From: Diadema antillarum | Lineage: Eukaryota | Length of the DNA stretch: 64,000 bases | Assembly (NCBI RefSeq): GCF_040938485.1 | Contig: NW_027270911.1 | Location: forward strand, 4,650,001-4,714,000 | Direction of reading: 5' to 3' | Part shown: positions 23,638 through 35,300 of the stretch, piece after piece | Layout: each line of letters starts with the position of its first letter | Position numbering within the stretch: the stretch's first letter is position 1 | The notes under the pieces: model-generated | The model's input: the letters and a program-made list of their open reading frames with translations, nothing else | Told to the model about the DNA's origin: nothing | Database searches by the model: none | Translations under genes and position numbers: made by a program

Positions 23638-24427
23638 CCCTAACTAGGCCGGGGGGGGGGGGGGGGGGGGGGGCCTCCGAGGCCCTCCCCCCCCCCCCCC
23701 GACGTTTCGCGCGATGTATCGTTATCGCGAGAAGCTATTACCGCGACGTTTCATGACTTTTTTATTTTGAGTCTCCCGCATCTTTTGACACCAAATTTTC
23801 GATGCCTGGGTGCGCGGTTCCGAAGTTGCGCATAAATATGCACGTGCATGTCAGACCAAAAATTGCTCAAAAACGTGAATTTGTGTACAATTTCAATGCA
23901 AACTGTGTTTACAGGCATATTTCATAATAGCATGATTATTTTGGGGGTTTATTGATTAAAATCAATTAATGACACATTTTCTTGTCCGGAACAATGTCAC
24001 GGACAAATTTCATCGAAAAAACAATGAAAAACATAAAGTCGAAAAAATAAAGAAATACATGTATATACGAAATTCAAAAAACAATGAAATACTTTTTTCT
24101 GATTGTGCAATTTTTTTCTCTTACATTTGCTAAGGACACTAAAAAGTATATTTACACCAAAAATGTGCCTGTTTTGAGCTTTTTTTAATGATTTATACCA
24201 AATTGTCTGATTTCATGCATCATTATGCATAAATTAGCATAATTTAGTGTAAATGAGAATTTTTGAAAAAAATTAACTTCATGGTACTTTAGATTACATC
24301 ATAGGCAATGCGTGTGCCAATTTACGTCGCAATCGCGCTGTCGACGGCCGAGATCGGGGGGGGGGGGGGGGGCCTGGGAGGCCCCCCCGGCTCTATCATC
24401 TACCTAAATAGCCCGGCCTAGTTAGGG
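23638..24427. mobile_element. piggyBac-like non-autonomous element (790 bp)
   Basis: TTAA TSD (23634-23637, 24428-24431). Perfect 16-bp TIR CCCTAACTAGGCCGGG / CCCGGCCTAGTTAGGG. CCC...GGG termini are typical of piggyBac. Confidence 0.8.
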
Positions 24428-24869
24428 TTAAGTTTGGTTTTTCAACTTATGTTTCGTCTCGACTTTCATGCAACAGGGTCATGGTCACAGGAGCATTTCA
24501 AAGATGCACCCATCAATCCAAATGCCATTGCTTATAAAAGTAATAATAATAATTGCGTGTATATGGGACTTTATACTGGTGTTTCTAAGTGCACTGGTGC
24601 TATTCATTTTTTTTTTTAAAACCTAAACAACACTAGCATTAGGACAATGCAAAACCAAAATTGCAGTCCCAAAAGAAGAAGAAGAAAAAAAAAAAAACAA
24701 TACATGTGATTCAGTGAGACAATAATTAAAAACTGACTGTGTGCGCCTCCATAAAAAAAATAACTGATTAAACAGATAAGTTTTGAGAAGGATTTTAAAT
24801 GATTCATTAGATGAGACATTCTAAATATGAAGAGGAAGTTTATTCCATTTTATTTATTTCTGAGGAGTC

Positions 24870-25255
24870 GCGAGAGAATCGAATGTGTTTAAGGAGACCT
24901 CTCCAAGTATCCAGCTGGTCTTGGAGATGTCACTATGATGTCTATGACATCTCCTTAGTTGTGGCCAAGTAGTGGAAACTATTTTAGTCTGCAACATCTC
25001 TGAGACGTCTCCTTGACCTTGCAGAGACTCATAGCGACCTACCAGTGACAATATGGAGACATCTCCATGACTGAGAAGACGTTTTGGAGACATCACAGTG
25101 ATGTTCCCGCAACTTCTTGGCAAATAAGTTGTCATCTTGTTTGGAGACATATCGGTCGTTGCCCTGGAGTCGCCTTCTCAGTGAGAGTGCAAGCCGTTTC
25201 CCACTCTTTAGAATCGCACGATTTGAGGCAGTCACTGGGATGTCTCCTCCAATGA
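24870..25255. repeat. Degenerate repeat with recurring GGAGAC(A/G)TCTCC-like palindromic motif; probable MITE fragment
   Basis: About nine variants of the motif (e.g. 24893, 24999, 25055, 25086, 25142, 25237). No clear termini. Confidence 0.5.
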
Positions 25256-25974
25256 GATAAGCTCTTAAAGGGTGCGTTCAAACGTTCTCCTACAGCAATT
25301 TTTACCGTACTGTACCTACACCAGTGGAGCACTCGAACACTCCTAAAGCGTACCCTACCGTACTGTACCAAGCCAAAAGTGGACGACTTTCCAATGTGCT
25401 CCAAAAGGGTACCAAAAGCATGCCAAAAGTTCGCATGTGAAGAATGTGCGTAACATGCCCATATGTCATAATGCAAAGACTTCACTTTCTTTGTTCGGGA
25501 CATATTGAAGTACTTAAGTTCAAGCGCGCCAGCTGAATGACCCTCTTGCTACAAAATGCATTACCCCCTCTAGAAACAATTCAAGAGGTACGCTTTCTCA
25601 ACAGAGCGCTGGAACTCTCCAAATCTGGCACAGTTCAGTACAATACGCTTTAGTTCTGTTTGCTTTGGTTTGCTTAAGAGCGCTCCAAGGCACTCAAAGT
25701 AGCCTCAGGAAATGATCACATGCTTGGTGAGATTTCTCAGAAGTGTAAGGAGTGTTAGTGGGTTCTTGTAATGCCATTTGGCATTCTTGCCTAGAATTAT
25801 TGTTCACCCAAGGTTACCTGGAGGGGAAATAAAAGCTTTTGATAAAAATCGTGCTCAGGAAACCACATCACCTGCTTGGAACTGTCTCACTGAGACCTTG
25901 TCGATAACATCGGAAACTCTGCAATTTACGTAGATGGGAAAGTCCCCACATACATTCCAAGAATACTAGCAGGC

Positions 25975-27757
25975 ATCACTCACACTCAATGTTGTTTATC
26001 ACACACTTTTTGTAACTTTTTGTAGCTGATGGATTTGTGGAAAAAAGACTATCCCAAAGAATGGACAACGGGGATTAGGTGCCTTGCCTTGGGGCACTGC
26101 TTGTGCTGCTGCCTTGGGACTCGAACTGGGGACCCAAATAGTGAGAGTTTGTGGTCATTTAGAAGTGAAAAATGAGTGTGTCGCTGACCTGTGTGTCATC
26201 TTCATATTGTGCTTTCTTCAGTGACAGTACATTTTTGTCAGCACTTGATAAGACCAGTCAATTCAAATCAAATTCGATTTATTTTGATAGATTGTTTTCT
26301 CCTGGTACAAGTGAACTCCACATTATCAAAGAACTTTATTATTTGATTGACTTTCATTGTTTTAAAAGGGACAGTAGCCATTAGTATTTTGCTTTAGATA
26401 TCAGTTGGTTTACCAAACAGGCTATGATTAAACATCACAAACTGTAAAAATCAATGTTATCCAAGGTAGATGTGAATATACAGCATATGTCCTCACATTT
26501 AAGATAAGCATGTAATGTCATTGATAGAAATGTCAGCAGGAGTTATTCACACTCAATATTGTTTGTCACACACTTTTTGTAACTCTTTGTGGCCAATGGA
26601 TTTGAGGAAAAAAAGACCACCCCCAAAAATGGGCAATGAGGATTAGGAGGATTAAGATTAGATTAGGTGCCTTGCCTTTAGGGCACTGCTTGTACTGATG
26701 CCTTGTGATTTGAACTGAGGACCCAAATAGTGAGAGTGTTTGGTCATTTAGATATGAAAAATGAGTGTGTTATAGACCTGTGTGTTCTTCTTATTGTGCT
26801 TTCTTCAGTGACTGTACGTTTTTGTCAGCACTTGATAAAACCAGTCAATTCAAATCAAATTCGATTCATTTTGATCGTTTTCTCCTGGTACAAGTGAACT
26901 CCACATTATCAAAGAACTTTTTCATTCGATTGGCTTTCATTGTTTTAAAAGGGACAGTAGCCATTAGTGTTTGCTTTAGATATCAGCTGGTTTACCCAAC
27001 AGGCTATGATCAAACATCACAAACTGTAAACATCACAAACTGTAAACATCACAAACTGTAAAAATCAGTGTTATCCAAGGTAGATGTGAATGTACAGAAC
27101 AATTACGTTCTCACTTTTAACACAAGCATGTAATGTCATTGATAGAAATGTCAGCAGAAGTCATTTACACTCATTATTGTTTGTCACACACTTTTTGTAA
27201 CTCTTTGTGGCCAATGGATTTGAGGAAAAAAGACCACCCCCAAAAATGGGCAATGAGGATTAGGAGGATTAAGATTAGATTAGGTGCCTTGCCTTTAGGG
27301 CACTGCTTGTGCTGATGCCTTGTGATTTGAACCGAGGACCAAAATAGTGAGAGTGTGTGGTTTTCTAGATATGAAAAGTAAATGTGTTACAGACCTGTGT
27401 GTCATTTTCATAACCTATGCTTTCTTCAGTGACAGTACATTTTTGTCAGCACTTGATAAAACCAGTCCATTCAAATCAAATTCAAATTTATTTTGATTGT
27501 TTTCTCCTGGTTACAAATGAACTTCACGTAATCAAAGTTATTATTTGATTGGCTTTCATTGTCTTTAACATCACAGGGATAGCCATTTATGTAAATGTTG
27601 CTTTTGAGATCAGCTGGTTTACCAGATAGGCTTTGATTTACAGCCGTAACATCACAAACTGTAAAAATTACTGTTATCTAAGCTAGATGTGAACACATGG
27701 AATCTGTTCCTATGTTTAACACAAGCATTTAATGTCATTGATAGAAATTTCACTAGC
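25975..27757. repeat. Diverged tandem triplication of a ~590-bp non-coding unit
   Basis: Shared anchors CACACTTTTTGTAACT, GGGCACTGCTTGT, CAGCACTTGATAA..CCAGTC and ATGTCATTGATAGAAAT recur at ~590 and ~620 bp spacing. Copy 2 has a 16-bp x3 expansion at 27012-27059. Confidence 0.85.
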
Positions 27758-29212
27758 TTTTAGTTTCATCTTTGGATTTAGAATCTGAAAATTAATGTGC
27801 TATGAAATTTCAGTACAATTGTATTAAACACAGTGGATGTTGAGAGTGACATAATGTGTGAATTTATTTATCTATTTATTTTACCAAACAAACATCGTCA
27901 ACATTGTCAAAACAGTAAATAAAAAGTACAGTTTTGGCAAAAAAAGAACCGGCAATAGCGTGCAGGCTAGTCGAGGCCAGTCCTTTCTATGATATAGTTT
28001 AATATACACTGTGCAAGACAACAGGTTCAATTTTAGATGCACAGAATGCAAATGAGTTATACTGTATCAAGAAGTTTTGATGGGTGGTTTCCTCAGCAAC
28101 ACATGCATGTGGTCTGACATTAAAATCCAATTTGAATAAATGGCATCGTGGCTTGGACAGAGTGAATTATGATCGGAAGTTACAGCCCAAGAGCATCATT
28201 TATCACAACAAAAGGACATTTTCTCATAATTGTAGTATTCAAAGCATAATTTAATGATATCGTAGTTGCATTGAGTGAATTATTTAAGCTTCACGAAACG
28301 GGGTTTCAAATTACGACTTGAATGTGTCAGTAAATGAGGTCAGTCACACATATTGAGATATTTTAAAGGGTATTTTGTCCCTTTCATTTCCAGGTTGTTT
28401 GTTTTTGTTGTTGTTGTTTTTTGCAGCAAATGTTATGTATCTGGCTGCTTTTTTTTTTTTGCTTGCCATGGTCTTCATAATTCCAGAGCTACAATGTAAA
28501 TTATAGTTCTGGTTTGATATCTTGCGGCCCGGGCTGTGATATATAAACATTTCAATAGTCTTCTGCCTACGTGACTGTGGTTGCCACGGTGATGACTGTC
28601 AAGTCCCATGATGCAAGAGGAGATCAAAACAATCACGCTGCCCCACTCTGTGGTGCATTGTTTGACGTTGGCCATGTTTTCTGGCTTGTTTTTTTTTTTT
28701 CTCCCTTTGTTTAAAAGTTGCTCTTTGTCTGTGTGGGTTGGTTTGTTTAAGCTACAATAATTGACAAAGTCGTGCCTCCCAGAAATGGACAACAATTTTT
28801 TTTTTTTTGGCTTTTTGTATCTTTTTTTTTTGGGGGGGGGGGAGAGGAGTCACAAGACAATGACAAGAAATAGGACAAGCCTAAGACCAGAATTCGGCCA
28901 GTGTACCACTTTCAAGAAGCCGAGGATGTTCTGTTTGTTACACGATTCCCACGCGGCTTGATATCAACTCACCTCTGTCGTCATCAGATAATACGCAAGT
29001 CAAAAGGCTACTGTTTCTCCAAGTATTCTAACTGCCAGGAGGAAATAATAATCAACTATTAAAGGAAGTCCTCCGGGCTATAATTGTCTGTGATGCAAAA
29101 CTTTTCCTTGAGATATGAGCCTCTGTCAGTTTGTGGTCAGTGTCGAGAGAAAGAACTGATGTCATCAGCCTCAAGATATTTCTTTGTCTTCCTTCTCTCT
29201 TTCTCTTCTGAT

Positions 29213-29216
<4 letters not shown>

Positions 29217-29256
<40 letters not shown>
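29217..29256. repeat. (TC)20 microsatellite
   Basis: Read directly from the sequence. Confidence 0.95.
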
Positions 29257-29259
<3 letters not shown>

Positions 29260-29282
29260 GCACACACACAAACACACACATA

Positions 29283-29572
29283 GGCCCAAATTCACGAAGG
29301 TGGTACAAATGAAACCATGGTTTAAACCATGGACAAAAACCATGGAGCGCCACGAAATTGGTCATTTCGTCATCAAAATGACCGTTTCGTTAACGAAATT
29401 ATTATTTCGTGGACAAAATGTTCATTTAGTTACAAAATGTTCATTTCGTTACAAAATAAACGAAATGACTGATTTCGTAACAAGATATTCCATGCGACAC
29501 TTGGGCGCTCCATGTTTTTTGTACGTGGTTTAAACCATGGTTTCATTTGTACCACCTTCGTGAATTCAGGCC
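29283..29572. mobile_element. PIF/Harbinger-like MITE
   Basis: ~47-bp TIR GGCC(CA/TG)AATTCACGAAGGTGGTACAAATGAAACCATGGTTTAAACCA; 3-bp TSD ATA (29280-29282, 29573-29575). Confidence 0.8.
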
Positions 29573-29829
29573 ATAAAGTCAAAGTTGTCTATAGCAGCCA
29601 CCCAAGGGAGATGACAAGAGTGGGCATTGTAGAGAGGTGGCCACTATTGACAGGTCCTCTGACATTCCATGTGTTGTCACTCACATACATTTACAATGTG
29701 TATGTATAAGTATGCACCTATGTTTCATGCCATTCTTGATTGCATTAGTGCACCCTATAGCATGACTGCAGCAAGTGAGCTGTGCATGACTGCGTCGTCG
29801 TGCCTAAAGATGATGAAAAATATGATTAA

Positions 29830-30213
29830 AGGGACTGCACAGTACTAGTTGAGGTAAGTGATTCATGTTTTGAACATTTCTAAGTGAGATAATGAGAAGC
29901 CTCTTATGAAATATGAAAGAGCATGTAATTTTATAAAGGATTCAACGTTTATTTGATGAAAATTGGTTTTGAAATGGCTGAAATATCCAAAAAAGTGATA
30001 ATAATAAAAGGCGACAGGCCATAACTTTATAAAGATCTATTTGTTTCACCTTGTTTTTGGATATCTCAGCCATTTCAAAACTGATTTTCATCAAATAAAC
30101 TTTTGATACCCTTTAGAATTGCATGCTCTTTGACATCTTATAGAGTGGTTTCTGAACATCTCGCAAAACGTTGGAATCTAAATCCTCACCTCGACCAGAA
30201 CTGTACACACCCT
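29830..30213. mobile_element. Kolobok-like non-autonomous element
   Basis: TTAA|AGGGACTGCACAGT ... ACTGTACACACCCT|TTAA with both TSDs intact. Homologous to 12488-12896. Confidence 0.75.
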
Positions 30214-30968
30214 TTAAAGGATGATCAAACCAGGAAAAATTGTTTTGAAACAGAATTTTGCACTCCCAGAAGATTCTGCACACCAAGCTCTTGAAGATGC
30301 TGTACTTGATGTCATCCAGTCCTTCCATGAAAGTATGAGGATGGCCCGTTTTGCAGAAGCATGACCGACACACGTCTGAACTCAACACTGCCCTCATTGT
30401 ATTGTTTGGTATTCATGACTGGAATGGCTGCAGAGCAGAAAACATGCTGAATTATTGACTGGGCTTCAGCTCCGCAATTTTTCAGTTTTTGAAGCTATGC
30501 ACTTAGAAATGCCTCTACTAACCATCACATATTTTACTAGGTTTTTATTTATGTAAATTTCACAAGTCAGGTGCTCCTTGCAAATTTAATAACACACAAA
30601 AATATTGGCTCTGATCCTAAAATAAGTGCGATGTGCACATATGCATATTCTTCTGTTCTTTACTGTATTCCATAATCACGAATTTAACGACTTAATGAAA
30701 TTGTTAAGAAGTCACAATTTGGAAAAGAAAATAGATTACACTTGCTCAGCATTGAATTGAAGTCATTGATCATATTTCACAATGAAACCAAATACAATAT
30801 ATGTCACAAGATTAAAAAAAAATCAAAATCATCCGATTACAATTTAAAACATTAATAAAAAGATGTGTTGCTACAAAACTAAATGCAATGATATCAGGGT
30901 GAATTGACAACACGTGGATATCTGTGAGTAAATGACAGAACCAAAGCTTCATTTTTGTTATACACTAT

Positions 30969-31504
30969 GACCCCATTTACAGTACGGGGCTGGGCCGAGT
31001 CGCGGCCGAGCCCCGCAACTTTGTCCGTTTACACTGCCGGGCTCGGCCGCGCTTTTGATACAAACCTTTCAATATTTTGTCGTAGTGGCGCTGATCTGCT
31101 TGTAAACAAACGCGATTTGGTATTGTCAAGTTTACAGACCCTTTGCCAACTGAATTCCGTGGCGACAAAGTCGCTGTTCGGGCAAAGGCCTTTGTCGAAG
31201 GAAAAAATCCTTTGCAGGACAAAACCACCTTAAACTATACTAGTTTTTGATGTTGAGGGGGTTAATATCCTGAATAGCGAAATAGTACAGGCAGAGGGTT
31301 TGGAAGCCAGACTAAAAGTGGCTGCGCATTTGGCCCAGTTTGCATTTACACTGAGAAAAGGCCGGGCTCGGCCGCGGCCGACACCACCTTCAGAGCGTGG
31401 CCAAATGCGCGGCCAATTTTGGCCTCGCATTTGGCCTTTTGCGCGTTTACACTGAAATGAAGGTGGGCTCAGCCGCGGCCGAGCCTTGCACTGTAAATGG
31501 GGTC
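30969..31504. mobile_element. GC-rich MITE, probably Harbinger-like
   Basis: TIR GACCCCATTTACAGT / ACTGTAAATGGGGTC, with internal GGCCGCGGCCGAGC and TTTACACTG repeats. TSD not clear. Confidence 0.7.
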
Positions 31505-32168
31505 TCAGTGAAATATGGTGGAACCAATAAAAAAGCAATCCTTGTAAGAATTGGTTCGTTTGTGAATGGCATATGGCATATAAATAAAGTAAATTATGAA
31601 TAAATTAAAAGACAGATTGTTAAGCAGAGGGGTGAAGATGTAGTATGATCTTCTTTTTATCTCCCTCTATGCAAATAAAATTTGTAAGATCGCTGCTCCT
31701 GATCTAAGTTGTTGTTAAAATGTAAATCAGCAGTTGCAATCTTACAAGTTGTATTTGTACAGAGGGAGACAAATTGAAGAAAATCGTACCACAAAGTAAG
31801 TGTTGTTTGTCACTACTATCATCAATTGTCACAACGCCATTTATCTTTAGCCTTAAGCCCTCAATTACATTCTGAGCACATGCTGTTTACTGGTTTGAAA
31901 TGACTTGTTTTGCTGACTGCAAATGACTGATTACTCACCAAATATAAAATCCCCATTAAATTGCATGCATCAATAGATCAGTAGAGTAATGTTCTTTTCG
32001 CAGAACTGAAATAAGTTGCACAAATCTAAAGGGCATCAGAGGGATTTACACCTTTTTAAGCACTTCTCGTTAAATTTTTAAAATGTATTCCCACCTAGTC
32101 TCTGTGAGTCAGACCCAAGACAGTTGTTTCTTATATTATTTGCGGTCAACTTTATGTGATATGATATA

Positions 32169-32344
32169 CAGTCCAACCTGTCCATAGCGGCCACCCAAGG
32201 GAAACGAAAAAAGTGGCCATTATAGACAGGTCGCCCCTATAGACAGGTTTTTTAACATGCTTTTTCTCTCAGAGGGAATTGTGGTCATAATATACACAGC
32301 AGGTGGATGCTATAGACAGGTGGTCGCTAAGACAGGTTTGACTG
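32169..32344. mobile_element. Tc1/pogo-like MITE
   Basis: TA|CAGTCCAACCTGTC ... GACAGGTTTGACTG|TA, with internal TATAGACAGG repeats. Confidence 0.85.
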
Positions 32345-35300
32345 TATGTAGGCTTTCATTAAATTTCCGAACAGAAAAAAAGAAAAGATTTGTTTGTATG
32401 TAGGTCGGTATAAGAGACTTGTGAAGTGGTGATGACATCATTTCCTTATCATAGATACTTCAATGATCGAGACCTGGTTCACTTTTTTATAAAAACATAT
32501 GTACAAGTAGCTTTATAAATTCCGTGCAGTTTATATATGGTTTCATATCCGGCATTTAAGAAACTTGTGTCATTTTGTTTGTTTAATTTGACTTTGCTTT
32601 TATCAAACTATAATGGAATGTGGACTGGAGTGCCACTTTAAGAGAGTATCTCTCCCTGCAAATCCTCCCTGGGGATGTGGGTAGAAGTGATAGTTCTGCT
32701 ACACAAAAGAGGACCCGTTCAGGGAGCACTTTTAAAAGCATTTAGACATTTAGTGGTAGAATGGCATATATTACTCGGTTGAGAAATTCACATATTGTTG
32801 ATGCATTTGAGACTGGTATATACTCAGAACATTTAGAAAGAAAAAGAAGAAAGATTAGAGAAATTTCTAGGAATTCTGCTGCCTATGGCTCTACATTGTC
32901 AAGGTGGGAGATGCTGAAAGTGGGGTTTTATTGTAAGCGTTGATGGCTCATGAAGCTCTAAACCTAAAGCCTCTCATGTAATGGACTTTGATTGAATTTG
33001 AGAGAGTTTGTCAAAGATGGCTTAGTAAATCCTTATTCAAGCGTGAAGCCTGTCCCATTGGTAATTACCTGATAATCGTTGTGAGATTTTTTTCTCTCTG
33101 TTCAGCTTTACCTCATTTGAGTGACAATCATTAATGCTGACATTTTCAGAAGTATGAAGTATATTGTACTTTCCTGCATTATAGTGGGGGAGATAATTTT
33201 TTTTAATTTTCACAATGAAAATGCCTCAGATACTGTATGTTTTGCCTTCAATTACTGCTCCATACTTGTTAAATTCTAAAGCTCATTGTGTGGTCATTCA
33301 TAGTGTAGTCCCATGAGTACATATGTGTGTGTCCTTTCTGTTCCCAGTACAGAGGAGAGAAAAAAAAAACGATTGCCCAAACATCTTCAAAATTTCACTT
33401 TAAGGTAAAACTATGCAATTACACAATCTGCATTTCACAACAAATTTCGACTATCAACTCTCTGAAAGATAACATTTTTGGCACTTTAATGGAAAAAAAA
33501 ATATTGTAAAATGGGTATTCATGATCATGTAATGGCATGATTTTACAGTGGGATTATGACCATATCTTACACAACACTCCACTTTTGTGTAAGTTCTGGC
33601 TGAAGTTCAAAGGCCAGCTAATGTAGTTTTCTCTCAATAAGTCATCAAATCATGACTTTCTAAAACAGTAGGTTCCTGATATTTTTTTTCTTCGATATAC
33701 TTGTATTATCAGACTGACACTACAAAAAGTGAACTCTCTGTCCAATTCTCTCAACATCATATCAAATGGTGATTTCTTAGCTTCTGATATTACTTCAGTT
33801 AGCCTGTTTTGTAAAAAAGCAGTTCAAATTGAGGTGAGAGCCTATAATGAGAAAGGATCTTATTGTCTCCCAACCTCCCCCCTCCCCTCCTTAAGAAGCT
33901 AACAGGAGGAGCGACAAATAGGAGTCTCACGTACAAAAAAGCTACCTCACTTTTCGCTTGCTAAATTTACATTGGACACAAATCTGCTTCCTATACCCTG
34001 TGGAAGCAGCACTCAGCAGATTTCACAGAAATTGTGCGATGCCTTAAACAAAAGCACAAATACACACGCACACACACACAAATATATATATGTTTATATA
34101 CACATATATTTTGTTTTCCGGAAGGTCATTAACAGAAGTTGCTGACTGACAGATGTAAATTGTGCAGTAGCCCCAGAGGCAAGTGTTTAAATTGAGCAGT
34201 GATATTCACCGCAAGATAAGAATTGCACAATGGATATTTTCCGGCCCCTCTCACTCCTATTTGAGAAGGCTTTCACATCAGAATTTCCTTCGGGGAAAAG
34301 GAAACTATGTCGTTTCTGCCTCACTTTCTTCCTTCTAATGTTGCAAGTCTTAATAAACCAAAGCAAAATATAAATGACCGATTTCCTGAGAATACTGGAT
34401 ATGTTCCTCGGGGATCATTCTAAATGTGTGATATTCTGTTTCTTATTTTCTCATTGCTGATACTGGTATATATTACTCTTTCCCTTTCATTTACTTTTCC
34501 CTTATGGGTAGTTTAGACAGACCAATTTTCACCTTTATTGTTTGGCAGTATTTAGTACTGGTTTGTTTGGGGTTTTTTTTCCCAAAAGATACTCACAGGT
34601 TTCATGGAAAATACTGTTTTCCCAAATTATATTGCTGCACATATCTATTACAGGAAACAAACAAAACTTTTTTTACCCAAAATGAGCCATTTCATTCCTG
34701 AGAATACTGCAAAGTTGTTTACAAGGTCGCCATTCCTGGCTACAACCATGTGGGAAAAACAAATGTATGTGGATGGTGAAAAGATGATACTTGATTTGTC
34801 AGTCATGCGATATTTAATTGTAGAAATGAACAGTTAAAGTAGGAATGGATGGAAGGTCAAGAAAACTTTAAAAATTTTCATTGTTCCAGTCGCAATCTAC
34901 GGAACTGTCCAATATACATCATTCTGAGGGGAATTCAAAATGGCCATTTTGTCATGTGACCACAAAGTCACCTGGCTTGGAAGCCCTCCTTCAAAAATAA
35001 CGACAAACACCCTCACATGATTACATATTTTTCTCAGCTCCTTTGAAAGAAAGGAAGCATTTTGGCTCTTCACAAAGTGACCGTTTGAACTCAAAAAAAC
35101 TTCCTTCCCCCTACCCCCCTCCCCCAGCGCTCATACACGACGGAAATGGAAAAAAGACCACAAATGTGGACGGCAGACCAAGGGTAAAGAACTAGTTGCA
35201 TATACTGGGAATTTGCCGATGGGGCTGCACCGTTTCTCCCACTGATTGCTAGATGCGAGCTTCTAAGGGATTATGGGAGACTTGTGGCGAGGCGAGATGG

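Noticed and set aside
30254-30364. Possible alternative terminal exon NFALPEDSAHQALEDAVLDVIQSFHESMRMARFAEA*, in phase with the 22989 donor
   Set aside because: Weak acceptor without a pyrimidine tract, it would truncate the SN fold, and 36 open codons can occur by chance.
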